A DNA stretch of 64,000 nucleotides from a virus: the IMG/VR virus record IMGVR_UViG_3300009551_000007, positions 17,753 to 81,752 of that record, one strand, 5' to 3'. This document shows, one piece after another, positions 1 to 9,901 of this stretch (position 1 is its first letter; each line of letters begins with the position of its first letter). The notes below the pieces were generated by a model that was not told where the DNA came from, ran no database searches, and saw only the letters and a list, made by a program, of their open reading frames with translations. The translations under genes and the position numbers were made by a program.

Positions 1-363
1 ACTGGCGTCCCTCTCGATCTGCGTGATCGCCGACCCGCGCAAGTTACCACTGTCAACGGGTACGATCAACTGACTCTCGCGCTGGATCAGGAGGGCACCG
101 GCGTAGATCGCCTGTGCGAGGGTCGCGCCCCGCCTCAGTGCCTCTTGTATGATCTTTCTCACTTCGGGCTGGAGGCGGTGCGCCGGTTCGATCAGGTACT
201 TGGCCTGGCCGTTCGGGTGGACGGCTTTCAGGTCTTCGTGCACTCTTAGTGCGTAGGATGCTGTGTAACCGACAATCACTGAACAGCTGTTCTTGAGCGA
301 CTCCTTGTATTTCGCGTCGATCACCGCACGGAGGCGGGAATAGTTCTCGAACACGACCTTCAT
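1..363 (-). CDS. HK97 gp10-like tail-completion protein (partial, runs off window)
   Basis: Manual translation MKVVFENYSR...GYTASYALRVHE...GQAKYL...VPVDSGNLRGSA; motifs typical of the gp10 family; start overlaps the upstream stop. Confidence 0.6.
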   Translation of the reverse strand, partial: MKVVFENYSRLRAVIDAKYKESLKNSCSVIVGYTASYALRVHEDLKAVHPNGQAKYLIEPAHRLQPEVRKIIQEALRRGATLAQAIYAGALLIQRESQLIVPVDSGNLRGSAITQIERDAS

Positions 364-740
364 CATGGCGGTGTCACGGCCGGTAGCGCCGCGCCTTGTC
401 GCGTGAGATTGAGCTGGCGGCGAACGTACATGCCCCGCAGGTCACTCGCCTCTTGCCCCGACGCCACTTTCATATACTGGTTGTCTGCCGCCGAACCGTT
501 GTAGTCGGCGAGGCAACCCCTCATCATGATCGAATCCACGGGCACGTCGGTGTCGACGATGACCTGAGCGTCTATCGCGATCTTCTGACCGTCGTCGCCC
601 GTACCGGCGGTCCGCTTAGGCATCCAGCGGCAGTCGACCTGGACGGGCGCGGCTACCGTTGCCTTACCGTAGGCGTCTACGCCCGTGGCCCGCCAAAGGA
701 TAGCCGTATGAATCAAGTCCGAGTCTTCGATAGGAGGCAT
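363..740 (-). CDS. putative head-closure/head-tail joining protein
   Basis: GVDAYGK...VDCRW motif; position downstream of adaptor; probable start MPPIEDS at 740. Confidence 0.55.
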   Translation of the reverse strand: MPPIEDSDLIHTAILWRATGVDAYGKATVAAPVQVDCRWMPKRTAGTGDDGQKIAIDAQVIVDTDVPVDSIMMRGCLADYNGSAADNQYMKVASGQEASDLRGMYVRRQLNLTRQGAALPAVTPP

Positions 741-828
741 TTCTAGCACCGTATTCGCTCGTAGCGGCACGAACACCGTAGGGAGTCCACGAACCTACGG
801 CTCTCGCGCTCGTGCCGCTACGATGCTC

Positions 829-1263
829 CTAAGTGGCCATAGGGGAACCGTCGATCTGATCCGTCCCGGCCCAAAATCCCCCCGGTTCCTCCGCGCCCTC
901 TTTCATCACTGTCGCCAGTAGCCCGGACGGGTCCATGTTTTTCGCGACTTGGCCGTAGGTAGTAGAGTCGAGACCCATACCGGTCTTGCCGGCATAGCTG
1001 GCCGACGCACCCAATGTCGACTTGTTGCTGAACTGTCGGTCACTCATCTTGTACAAGTGTGCGGCCAGCCAAAGCTCGACGAGCGCGGCGTCAGCGGCTT
1101 CGACGTGATCGACGTCCGTCCTCACGTTCGCCTTTGCCACTAGGCGGTCGACGATGCGGCTGGCCGACGCGATGAAGGGCCGGAGCGTCGGGTTGCGGCG
1201 CAAGTCGTAATCGCCGCCCGGTGCCAGTATCTCACGGACGGCGGCATCAGTGTTCCTCGCCAT
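829..1263 (-). CDS. putative head-tail adaptor protein
   Basis: ELWLAAHL...GLDSTTYGQ...DPSG motifs typical of phage adaptors; synteny. Confidence 0.6.
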   Translation of the reverse strand: MARNTDAAVREILAPGGDYDLRRNPTLRPFIASASRIVDRLVAKANVRTDVDHVEAADAALVELWLAAHLYKMSDRQFSNKSTLGASASYAGKTGMGLDSTTYGQVAKNMDPSGLLATVMKEGAEEPGGFWAGTDQIDGSPMAT

Positions 1264-1361
1264 GTCGACAGTCCCCCCCCCGTCGAACGGTCCGAATCGT
1301 ATAGAGACGCCCGCCCCGCCACAGGAACGAGGCGAGCGTCCTAGTAACGCCTGCCGTGTTA

Positions 1362-1583
1362 CTAGCCCTTGTGAGCGGCGATGAGGTCTTTCAAGAAACT
1401 CACCACCGCGTCGTCGTACTTGTTACTGGTCCCGGCGGCGAAGCTCTCCAGCGTCGGGAGCACCCGCTCGGCACCGGCAATCACTTCGTCGATCACGTGC
1501 CCTGCCGTCTCGATGTTCGGTAGCATCGCCTTCATCGGTTCCTTCGCATGACACGGCTTGGATGCCTTGATTTTGTCTGCCAT
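1362..1583 (-). CDS. hypothetical protein
   Basis: ORF with GGAG RBS before MADKIK; ends with a TAG TAA double stop. Confidence 0.5.
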   Translation of the reverse strand: MADKIKASKPCHAKEPMKAMLPNIETAGHVIDEVIAGAERVLPTLESFAAGTSNKYDDAVVSFLKDLIAAHKG

Positions 1584-1706
1584 GGTAATGGCTCCTTGTT
1601 CTACAGGCTGGTCACACACTCGGTATCTCCCCCGCGCCAGCCGTCGCGCTCCGCCTGTATTGGACGCTGGGCGGACACGGGGGAGAGGTCTAAGGACGTC
1701 GGCGTG

Positions 1707-1973
1707 TTACGCCTTCATCTTGGCTTCAAACTCGCGGTAAGAGACGCAGCCGTCACTATCAGCGTCCATCTCACGGAGGATTGCGGTGGCGGCAGCCCAA
1801 CGGTCCAGCAAGCTGAGGTCCATGGCGTCGGCGAGTAGCGCGACGATCTCCTTGCGGCTCAGTCGCCCGTCCCCGTCGGCGTCTTTCGCGTCGAACGCTT
1901 TACGCCAGTCGCCGCCGTACCGACTGTTAACGAGCGCAGTCACGTCGGCGATCACTTCGGCCCGCGTAGTCAT
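1707..1973 (-). CDS. EF-hand calcium-binding protein
   Basis: Two canonical loops, DADGDGRLSRKE and DADSDGCVSYRE; start MTTRAE at 1973. Confidence 0.75.
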   Translation of the reverse strand: MTTRAEVIADVTALVNSRYGGDWRKAFDAKDADGDGRLSRKEIVALLADAMDLSLLDRWAAATAILREMDADSDGCVSYREFEAKMKA

Positions 1974-2013
1974 GACTCCCTCGTCGTCGCGATGGGACGG
2001 GCGAACGGGCGAC

Positions 2014-2406
2014 TTACTTGCAGCGTCCGAACAGGCGGCGGACGGGCCCACCGCGTGCGCCGAACCCGGTCGTTCCACACTGACCGTTTGCGCACGCGCC
2101 GGACGAGTCCCCGACGAACGAACCGTCCGAGGCGAACACCCCGTTAGCGGCGTAAGGGCTGACTTGGAACGGCGTCGTATTGAATACTTGGGGCTGAACC
2201 GGTCCAGTCGGCGGGAAGGGTGAAGGTGAGGGCGTTACGCCTACCGACTTGCTTTCGAGGGCACTGACGCGGCGTTCGAGGTCGGTCAGGCGCTTATTGA
2301 TCGCTTGAAAGTCTTCGGCACGGAGCGGTTCCGCCGCGAAGCTCTCTGAGGAGAATAGACCTAATACGATACCGGCTGCTAGGGCGGAAACCACGATGAA
2401 ACGCAT
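2014..2406 (-). CDS. secreted/membrane protein with coiled coil and CANGQC motif
   Basis: Signal peptide MRFIVVSALAAGIVLG; C-terminal GACANGQC...RRLFGR resembles planctomycete small secreted proteins. Confidence 0.55.
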   Translation of the reverse strand: MRFIVVSALAAGIVLGLFSSESFAAEPLRAEDFQAINKRLTDLERRVSALESKSVGVTPSPSPFPPTGPVQPQVFNTTPFQVSPYAANGVFASDGSFVGDSSGACANGQCGTTGFGARGGPVRRLFGRCK

Positions 2407-2450
2407 GCTTAACTCCTTGTAGGGGCGAACTGGTACGGGCGAACCGGTCG

Positions 2451-3509
2451 TCACGCCTTTAAGGGCGAGAAGTCTACTGCTGCGAGTAGCGTCTCACGCG
2501 CCGGGAAGCCGTCGTGCTGTGAGAAGGCGTAGGCTTCTGTGTCACTGTTAGCGAGAATCTTATTGGTGAGGTCGTAGGTCACGTAGAACAAGCCGGCGGG
2601 GTAGTCTGACGGGGGCTCACCGTGTGCGTCCGGGCCCCAGTTGTTACCCCAGCCGAACACCGGGCCCACGTCCGGGTGGTCCCAGAACTCGTGAATCCAC
2701 ATCTGATGGCCCCATGTGGCGTTCCAGCGGGACACGAGGCGGATTTGGTTCGGCGACTTACCCGCGACGGGCGGTGTCATCGGCGCGAACCCGAAGTTAC
2801 TCGCGCAGGTCAGTGGGTAGCCGTTGGCGAGACTCGCAATGGCGTCGTCTGCCGACCGGATGGGCGACGCGGTGTGGAACAGGCGCTTCTGCCCGAACTC
2901 CAGCCAGTTGGAGGCGATCTGTGCGCCGTCCGACCACTGCATTTCTAGGTTGCCAGACAGCACCGCCCAGCCGCCTTGAATCTTCGGGTCGGGCAGGTCC
3001 GGTTGGCCGTCCGGGTCGAGCTCAAACAACCCGTCGCCCGTCGCCGCCTGTTGCCATGCCGTTCCGAACGAGCCTTCGCCGGAACCCTGAATGCCGCCAC
3101 GGAACCGCGACCGCCCGTAAGTGTACAGCCACCAGGGCCAGCGGTACTCGATTGCCGCGCCCTTCAGGGCGATCTCGACGCCCTGCTCGATGATCGACAT
3201 GTTGCCGCCACCGGCACCCACGCAGCTGCCGGTCTGCTGCCAGATGAACGCCGGGTCTTTCCCGCCGAGCGCCTTCCGAATGTACTTCCAAAGGTTGTAG
3301 CGGCGGGCGTCGAGCGTGTACTTCCCCCGGATGTTGAACTTGGGGAGCATGCGCTCGGCGGCTTCCTTGAACTCGTTCTGGGCCTTGGTGCGGCGGTCCG
3401 TGTTCAGGTAGCCGAAGTTGATCACCGTCCCGCGCGCACTCTCCCGCGCCGCCGCCTCGATGCGGTTCTTCGCGGGGAGTGCGGAGAAGTCGATTGTCTC
3501 TAGTGCCAC
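2451..3509 (-). CDS. papain-like (C1-family) cysteine peptidase
   Basis: QTGSCVG (catalytic Cys), WGHQM (His) and NNWG motifs in papain order. Confidence 0.7.
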   Translation of the reverse strand: MALETIDFSALPAKNRIEAAARESARGTVINFGYLNTDRRTKAQNEFKEAAERMLPKFNIRGKYTLDARRYNLWKYIRKALGGKDPAFIWQQTGSCVGAGGGNMSIIEQGVEIALKGAAIEYRWPWWLYTYGRSRFRGGIQGSGEGSFGTAWQQAATGDGLFELDPDGQPDLPDPKIQGGWAVLSGNLEMQWSDGAQIASNWLEFGQKRLFHTASPIRSADDAIASLANGYPLTCASNFGFAPMTPPVAGKSPNQIRLVSRWNATWGHQMWIHEFWDHPDVGPVFGWGNNWGPDAHGEPPSDYPAGLFYVTYDLTNKILANSDTEAYAFSQHDGFPARETLLAAVDFSPLKA

Positions 3510-3549
3510 GTTCAGCTCCTTGGTTTGCCGTGGGCGAGTCAGTTATCGG

Positions 3550-4032
3550 TTAGCCGAGAATCACTGTCACTTGGGACGTTTGCGCTGCGGTCCCGGACAG
3601 GTCGATTGTCTTATGTGTCGAGTCGATGGTGGTACCGTTATTGTTGAACGCCCAGTGCGTGGTACAGCCGGCGGGGATGGTGACCGACGTGCCGAACAGG
3701 TTCAGCCCGTTCGACGCGCCCGGCACTATCGTGAGGGGGTTCGCACCGAGGTTCTTGACGCGAATCTCCTGGACCTTCATGCCGTTCCCGTCAACCACGC
3801 CGCCGTTGGTCCCGGTCAGGTTGCGGAAGTCAATGGTCAAGGCACCACTCACTAGCGCGGCGGTGAATAGGGCACATAGCTGTGCTGGCGGCGACGAACC
3901 GGAATTCATCGTCCTGCTTTGGTCGAACCCCGTGTGAGTGACTTGCCGCGTGGCGTCGGGTGCCGACCCGGTATTGTTGGGTAGCGTCTCGACGACTTTG
4001 ATTTGTTGAATCGAAGTGACGGTCACGGCCAT
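3550..4032 (-). CDS. hypothetical beta-rich, possibly virion, protein
   Basis: 160 aa, rich in T/N/G, in the structural region, with RBS. Confidence 0.45.
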   Translation of the reverse strand: MAVTVTSIQQIKVVETLPNNTGSAPDATRQVTHTGFDQSRTMNSGSSPPAQLCALFTAALVSGALTIDFRNLTGTNGGVVDGNGMKVQEIRVKNLGANPLTIVPGASNGLNLFGTSVTIPAGCTTHWAFNNNGTTIDSTHKTIDLSGTAAQTSQVTVILG

Positions 4033-4116
4033 GGCATTTCTCCCAGGAGGTTGGTTCCGGTTAGCGGTGTCGAACGGATGGACCTTTTTCGACGAGAGTA
4101 CGGTGCGCGACCGACG

Positions 4117-4908
4117 CTATTCGAGCCCGGCCGCGATCTCGTTGAAGGCGTCCACCCAGTCCTGTTTCGTCTTGATCTTACCTGCGTTGTACTGAGCGAA
4201 GAACTGCGTGGCGACGGCGTCGGCCCATGCCTTCCAGTCGCTCGTCGTTCCGCCCGCGCCCGATAGTGCGGTCGCATTGGAATCCGCCCAGTTACCGAGC
4301 ACGAGTTTCGCTGTGGCTGTCGAGTTCGACGGGTCGGGCTGGCCCCCGGCGGTGACGGCGGTCGCGAAGGCGCGAATCGAACCGGCGAGCGCCTTCAGTT
4401 CCGCCGCCTTATGACCTTTCGCGCCGGCCCGACTGGTTTGGGTCAGACCGAACTTCGTTTCCGGGTTGGGTGCAGGCGGGGTCACCGGGTCAACGGGTGT
4501 GACTGGTACGGCGGGCTTGACCGTGAACTCGAACCAGCCCTGGAGGACGTCTTCGCCCTTGAAGGCACGGACGCGGGCCTTGTAGGTGCCCGGTGGGATA
4601 ATGAATTCGTAAGTGCTCTTGTTCTTTTGCGCGGCTTCGTCCAGCCCCTCGAACGGGTACACGTCCCAAAGTATCGTGTAGCCGGACGGGACGCCGACCA
4701 CGGTCAGGCGTTGGAGCTTGTAAGGTTGTACTTCCTTGATGCCGGTGACGGAGAGTGGGACCGGGTCGGACGGCTTGGGGTCGTCGGGCGCGCCGAGAGC
4801 GGGGAGCGAGTACCCGCTGGAAGCCGGCACATTCTCGACGGGGCCGCGTTGGTCCGCCGAAGCGAGGAGACCGAGTACGGTGGATAGAAAGTACAGGCGG
4901 AATGCCAT
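4117..4908 (-). CDS. exported protein with Pro-rich linker
   Basis: N-terminal signal peptide; PVPVTPVDPVTPP linker; AAGGAG RBS. Confidence 0.55.
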   Translation of the reverse strand: MAFRLYFLSTVLGLLASADQRGPVENVPASSGYSLPALGAPDDPKPSDPVPLSVTGIKEVQPYKLQRLTVVGVPSGYTILWDVYPFEGLDEAAQKNKSTYEFIIPPGTYKARVRAFKGEDVLQGWFEFTVKPAVPVTPVDPVTPPAPNPETKFGLTQTSRAGAKGHKAAELKALAGSIRAFATAVTAGGQPDPSNSTATAKLVLGNWADSNATALSGAGGTTSDWKAWADAVATQFFAQYNAGKIKTKQDWVDAFNEIAAGLE

Positions 4909-4954
4909 GAGTTAGCTCCTTATGGCGTTGTCGGGTGAAGTTCTCTGAGGGGAA

Positions 4955-5416
4955 TTACCCCGCCTTGGTTGGTGGTGGCGTGATCGGCATTTTACGGATG
5001 CCCGAATCGGGGCTGGCCACCTTTTCTTCGATCTTCGCTACCACCACGTCGGCCGCCACTGCGGGAAGAGCGGCAAGGACGGTCTTAATGTCGCCGGCGT
5101 TCGATTCGACCGCGCGGCGGGTCGTATCGTTGGTCGAGTCGTTGACTTGGGTCCATGCCTTAATGGTCGCCAAGATCGTCTTACTGATCTCACGGTCATT
5201 GTCGGCGTTCGCTTCCGACATCTCGACCTTGTCACTGAGGACCGAGATGCGGTTCATTAGGGCACGGACGCGGAGCACGAAGTAGATGAGGACTATGAGT
5301 AGGGCGGCTTTCATCCCCAGCCACATCCACATCATGAGGTACATTTTATCCACCGCCTCCATCATCGGGTCAACATGGTGCACGTTGAGGAGGATCAGGT
5401 TAGTGGTCGGTGTCAC
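4955..5416 (-). CDS. membrane protein (possible lysis cassette)
   Basis: Hydrophobic helix YLMMWMWLGMKAALLIVLIYFVL followed by a coiled coil. Confidence 0.5.
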   Translation of the reverse strand: MTPTTNLILLNVHHVDPMMEAVDKMYLMMWMWLGMKAALLIVLIYFVLRVRALMNRISVLSDKVEMSEANADNDREISKTILATIKAWTQVNDSTNDTTRRAVESNAGDIKTVLAALPAVAADVVVAKIEEKVASPDSGIRKMPITPPPTKAG

Positions 5417-5918
5417 GGTCGCTCTCGTTGGCTTGGGGCGAGATGGGACGGTGGAGACCGGAACCGCCGGGAACCAGATCGTTTATCTGCTCCTCCAGGC
5501 CCTCCGGTATCGGCATCTTCTTGCTCTTGGCCCAGGCCAGAATCACGCGGAGAATGGCGCGCGTCGCCGAGTGTTCCGTTTCACACCGTGATGCCCTCAC
5601 CACCGCGTCCCGCTCGCGGCTCTCGGCGGCGGCTATGGCGTCGTCACACTTCTTCTCCACCTCGTTGAACTTGGCGGTCTGCTTCTCGAACTCCTTATTC
5701 AGCCGGTCCACAACCTCCCATGCTTCCGTGGCCGCGCTCCGGTTCTTCTCCTGTCGAATGCTCAAGTCGACCCTGGACGCCTCCGCGCCGATCACGATGT
5801 TCTGTTCACGAATCTTCCTCACTAGTCTCCATACGACCGCCGCTGCCCCGACGAGCGGAAGGACCGACGAAACTAGGGCAGTTACCCACCATGGAGTGCC
5901 GTTGTTTTCCCCGTCCAT
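5400..5918 (-). CDS. holin-like membrane/coiled-coil protein
   Basis: N-terminal TM helix (WWVTALVSSVLPLVGAAAVVW) plus a long coiled coil. Confidence 0.45.
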   Translation of the reverse strand: MDGENNGTPWWVTALVSSVLPLVGAAAVVWRLVRKIREQNIVIGAEASRVDLSIRQEKNRSAATEAWEVVDRLNKEFEKQTAKFNEVEKKCDDAIAAAESRERDAVVRASRCETEHSATRAILRVILAWAKSKKMPIPEGLEEQINDLVPGGSGLHRPISPQANESDRDTDH

Positions 5919-5962
5919 CTCGCTCTCCGTCTGGGCTGGTGATCGTCCGGGCGACGGTGAGG

Positions 5963-6433
5963 TTACTCGCTCCCCTCCTCGCCCGTGCTACTGCGGTGTG
6001 CGCGGATGGCTTCGATGATTTGGGTCTTATTGGCGCGACTGTCGATGGCGATTTCTTCGGCGTCGGCGAGCTTCTTGAGGTCGGCCACCGTCATGTCTTC
6101 CAGCCCGTCACTCGCCGGTGCCGCTTCCTCCTCGGTCACTTCCTCGTCGGGCGTCTCTTCCTCGTCGGAGTGGGCTGCCCCCTTCGGCCCGATGTCTTTC
6201 TCGGTTTGAACGATGGGCTTCGGCGGGAGCGTCTTCGCCGGCTGCTTCAGGTTCTTCTTGGCGTTGGCGATCTCGGATTCGGTCGCGGGCCGGCACCGTT
6301 CGGGCATCGTTTCGGCCAGGTTCTCTTCCGACTCGAACACCGAATTATTCGGGTCACTACTGGTGTACGTTCGGGCGTTCACCCCTGTGCCGGTGACGTG
6401 TCCCCCGGCTGTGAGCTTGATCCAAAAAGCCAT
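5963..6433 (-). CDS. protein with C-terminal Rho-N/HeH-like domain
   Basis: LEDMTVADLKKLA...KTQIIEAI; a common gene type downstream of phage major capsid genes. Confidence 0.6.
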   Translation of the reverse strand: MAFWIKLTAGGHVTGTGVNARTYTSSDPNNSVFESEENLAETMPERCRPATESEIANAKKNLKQPAKTLPPKPIVQTEKDIGPKGAAHSDEEETPDEEVTEEEAAPASDGLEDMTVADLKKLADAEEIAIDSRANKTQIIEAIRAHRSSTGEEGSE

Positions 6434-6539
6434 GACGGTCTCCTGTGGGAGGTGTGGACGGGCGATTCATGAGGCGGGCGGCTCTGGGACGCCGGCACAG
6501 CGTATCGGTCGTAGGAACCGCCAGAGCCGCCCATGTGTG

Positions 6540-7625
6540 TTACGCCGTCCGCATGTGGGCTGTGCCGCTGTTGCCCGCAGTGTCGGGGCGGAGCTGCGTG
6601 AGAAGCATCGCCATGACCTTGTAGTGCTTGGCCATGCCACCGAGCGACTCCCATTGAATGGTTTGCACTTCCATGCCGACGACGACGCGGACGGACTGAA
6701 CTTGGGTCTCCTGGAGAACGCAGTTGTATTGCGTGTTCGGCAGGAGGTCGAGGGTGATGATGTCCTTGATGTCGTCGATGGCGAGGATGCGCTGCCGGAG
6801 CGTCGTGCTGTTGTTCGTGTTCGGGTTGAAGTCGGCGTCGAGCCACTGGGACCATTGCTTGTTGACGTAGAACACGAACGGGCCGCGGTGCTTATTGTTT
6901 AACAGGCTCTGGCGGATTGCGAGGATGGCGTTGATGATCGCCTGGTTGTTCGTGCCGTCCGGGACAACCATGTCCGTCTTCGTGACACGCTGCGGGAAGT
7001 TGATCAGCCCGTAGATCGTGCCGCCGCCGAACGAGAACGGGCCGACGGCACCCGCGCCGAGGCCTTCGAGTTCTTCCGCGACCTTGATGCCTGCCAGTTC
7101 GGCCATGGTGGTGTCGAACGGCATGTTACCGTTCCGCGACACGAGCACCTCACGCGCAGAGAAGTCGAAGTCTTTCCACGCAATGGGCAAGGGGAAGTTG
7201 GCGTAGTCGGTCGTCGGGCGGTCGCTCTCGCCCCGGCGAATCGGGTCCATGCCGATGGTCGCTGGCGTCGTGTCGTACTGCTTTTGGTACTGGAGGACCG
7301 TGTGGGCCATCGCGTTCGGGATGTTGTAAACCAGACCTCGACTGCGAATGGAAGTGATCAGGTTCAGCTGGTTCTGGAGGGCCTTGACCACGGCGTTGTC
7401 GAACTCGTACCATGCGAGCCGGGGCAGCGTCGCCGGCGCGTTCGTCACCATGACGCGCTTCTCGAACTTGCCGGTTTTAGGGTTGAACTCCGTCCGCTGG
7501 ACGTAGTTCCGCCCGTCGGAACCAATCCAGGGGCGCAGGACGCCAATGTCGAAGTTGTTCGCAATCAACCGGTCTGCGGAATCGCCCAGACCGTTGGCGA
7601 AATTCATCAGGGAGTCAACAGGCAT
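6540..7625 (-). CDS. major capsid protein (HK97 fold, encapsulin/linocin-like clade)
   Basis: 361 aa; LPIAWKDFDFSAREV...VAEELE...IYGLINFP; follows protease-scaffold and decoration genes. Confidence 0.8.
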   Translation of the reverse strand: MPVDSLMNFANGLGDSADRLIANNFDIGVLRPWIGSDGRNYVQRTEFNPKTGKFEKRVMVTNAPATLPRLAWYEFDNAVVKALQNQLNLITSIRSRGLVYNIPNAMAHTVLQYQKQYDTTPATIGMDPIRRGESDRPTTDYANFPLPIAWKDFDFSAREVLVSRNGNMPFDTTMAELAGIKVAEELEGLGAGAVGPFSFGGGTIYGLINFPQRVTKTDMVVPDGTNNQAIINAILAIRQSLLNNKHRGPFVFYVNKQWSQWLDADFNPNTNNSTTLRQRILAIDDIKDIITLDLLPNTQYNCVLQETQVQSVRVVVGMEVQTIQWESLGGMAKHYKVMAMLLTQLRPDTAGNSGTAHMRTA

Positions 7626-7684
7626 GAGCAGTTCCTAAATGGGGGCGAAGGTGCGGGGTGAATTAACGTGGACGGTCGGACGGC

Positions 7685-8158
7685 TCAGATCACGATCATG
7701 CGGATGAGGGTGTCCGCCGCGAGTACGCCGCCGGTGTCGTCGAGGGACTTACCGACCAGGCCGGTCGTGGCGGCAATCGCCTTGCCCGCCGTATTGAAGC
7801 TGATGCCCTCTTCCTTGTCGATGTCTTCACCGAGGAGGGCGAGTACCAGTACGACGTCGCCCTTGCCGGGTATGTAGACGCCGATCTGTTCGCCCGGCGT
7901 CAGCGCGTCGTCGATGCCCAGACCGGTGAGGGATTGTTCTTTGGCAATCATTAGGTCGGGTGCGCCGCCCGTGGGACCGCCCGAACCACCAGTGGCGGCG
8001 GACGCGCCGACCGCTGCGGTGTCCACTTCCATGACGCGGACGGCTGTGGTGCGCTTCAAGTTCTGACCGGGCTTGCATGCCCCAGACAGGATGACTTCTT
8101 CGTCGCGGCCGTTGTCGCCACGAAGGACGATCTTGGAGTGGCCCGAAATGGAGGGCAT
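7685..8158 (-). CDS. putative capsid decoration protein
   Basis: Small Gly/Ala-rich protein between scaffold and major capsid gene. Confidence 0.6.
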   Translation of the reverse strand: MPSISGHSKIVLRGDNGRDEEVILSGACKPGQNLKRTTAVRVMEVDTAAVGASAATGGSGGPTGGAPDLMIAKEQSLTGLGIDDALTPGEQIGVYIPGKGDVVLVLALLGEDIDKEEGISFNTAGKAIAATTGLVGKSLDDTGGVLAADTLIRMIVI

Positions 8159-8226
8159 AGGATGATCCGTGTAAGGGTTGTGGGCGACAGGGGCGAGTCT
8201 CGGCTAATGTCGGTGCCGCGCCGGGG

Positions 8227-9810
8227 TCACTTCTTTTGTGGCGCGAAGTCCCACTTGGCGTCTTCCAGCGGTGCCTCGTTAATCACTGGCGTCGGGTACG
8301 TTCCGGCGGCACCGAAGAAGTTGTTGGTCGGCGCGGTGAACGGGTTGAGCACGGTAGTCGGCTGGTTCGGGTTGCCGGTAGCGGTCGGCATCAGCGAGAG
8401 CATCATCTGAAGTTCTTCAATCGGCTTCGCCGTGAGGAACTGAACCGCCTTGTCGCGCTGCTCGCCCGCAGCCATATTGGCGACGAGCTGGCCGATAACT
8501 TGGTTCTTCTCGTTCTGGTGGACCTGGACCGCCGAGTTCCACACCGGGCGGAGCGCTTCGGGCATCTGCTGCAGCCACTGGTCGGGCGACAGCGTCCCTG
8601 TCGGCGCGGGCGTCTGGGCCGGGGCGGGTTGAGTTTGAGTGTTATTGGTGGGCACGGCTACCGGTTGGGTCGGGGTAGGAATTTTGGGCGTGGTCTTCCA
8701 GGTGTTCGTAGTTCGGTCGTAGGTGTGTTGGTTGCCGTAGCCGTCGACGAAGCTCGTCATGCCGGCGTTGGCGGCGATCTGGCGGCGTGCGAAGTCCATT
8801 GCCCTCAGGTCGTTGTCGGTGAGCTTTTCGAGTTCGGTCTGGGTGCGGCCCTTCCACGGCGCGTCGTCGGGGACGACGTTGCAACCGCAGTTGGTTACGA
8901 GTTGGTTGACCATCGCCGCACGTTGTTCGGCGGTAAGCGGAATCATGGTATCTCCTGTGACGGACGGGACGGGGGACTGGTCGGTGTTCGTGGTGGGCTT
9001 GGTTCCGCACATCGCGCCGAACATGCCCATTTGACGCTTGGTGAGTTTATGACCGTTGACCATGCCGTCCTTCATGATCTTACATGCCTTGTCGGGGGTC
9101 ATGTCGAGCATGCCGGACGGGTGAGCCTTATTGAGCACCTCGACGAGACCGGCGAGTTCGGCGATGAAGCCGGGACCGCCCGACACTTCGACGTGAATGC
9201 CCTCGTTGAGCGTGACGCTCTCCAACGGCACCGGGTCGACGGGAGTGTTCAACGTCGGGAGGAGCTGGTTCACGAGGAACCCGCAGCCGTCCTTGATCGT
9301 GCACGCGCCCGGCGAGTCGAGGAGCACCGCCAAGTGATCGGCCTTGTAGTTCCGCGCCGTGGCGACGTAGGACCGGCCGTTATGGTTCGCGCCGGCCGGA
9401 GCTGGCTGGTTGGTAGTGAATAGTCCGGTCGACAGCCCGAACGGTTTCTTATTGCGGAGGTAGTCGATTATGCGTGGCTCGACTTGATTAGTGGCCTCGA
9501 CGTCGAACCATGCTTCGGCACGTAGCCGACCGTCGTAGGTGCTACGGTGGAGGCGGCCAATTACGTCGATGTCCGGGTCTCGCCCGGAGACGTGAAAGCC
9601 GTTACGGACGGGATGACCGACGGTAATGGGGACGTCATTCCACTGTGAGACGTCGCGCTTCACCTCGTCTTCGGGGTAGTACAGCGGGCCGTTCGAGCCG
9701 GGCAGTACGCCGGGCACAATGAGAGTGGCGTTGGCAACGAGGTACTCACGCCCGTTCCGCTTCACGGAAGTGACAGTGTGTATGCCGTTGAGAATCAGGA
9801 GGGATTCCAC
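8227..9810 (-). CDS. prohead protease (DUF2213-like) fused to scaffold
   Basis: PITVGHP, LSTG and DHLAVL...GAC motifs; low-complexity helical C-terminus. Confidence 0.75.
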   Translation of the reverse strand: MESLLILNGIHTVTSVKRNGREYLVANATLIVPGVLPGSNGPLYYPEDEVKRDVSQWNDVPITVGHPVRNGFHVSGRDPDIDVIGRLHRSTYDGRLRAEAWFDVEATNQVEPRIIDYLRNKKPFGLSTGLFTTNQPAPAGANHNGRSYVATARNYKADHLAVLLDSPGACTIKDGCGFLVNQLLPTLNTPVDPVPLESVTLNEGIHVEVSGGPGFIAELAGLVEVLNKAHPSGMLDMTPDKACKIMKDGMVNGHKLTKRQMGMFGAMCGTKPTTNTDQSPVPSVTGDTMIPLTAEQRAAMVNQLVTNCGCNVVPDDAPWKGRTQTELEKLTDNDLRAMDFARRQIAANAGMTSFVDGYGNQHTYDRTTNTWKTTPKIPTPTQPVAVPTNNTQTQPAPAQTPAPTGTLSPDQWLQQMPEALRPVWNSAVQVHQNEKNQVIGQLVANMAAGEQRDKAVQFLTAKPIEELQMMLSLMPTATGNPNQPTTVLNPFTAPTNNFFGAAGTYPTPVINEAPLEDAKWDFAPQKK

Positions 9811-9901
9811 GCCGGTAACTCGCAGTAGTTTGTTGCTATCCGCGAGTTACCTTAGTGGAGTGAAAGAGTTGACTTCTAGACGTGCGGGGAAACAAAGACG
9901 C

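Noticed and set aside
6540-7625. Cellular encapsulin nanocompartment
   Set aside because: Embedded in a terminase-portal-MuF-protease-decoration operon, so it is a phage capsid gene
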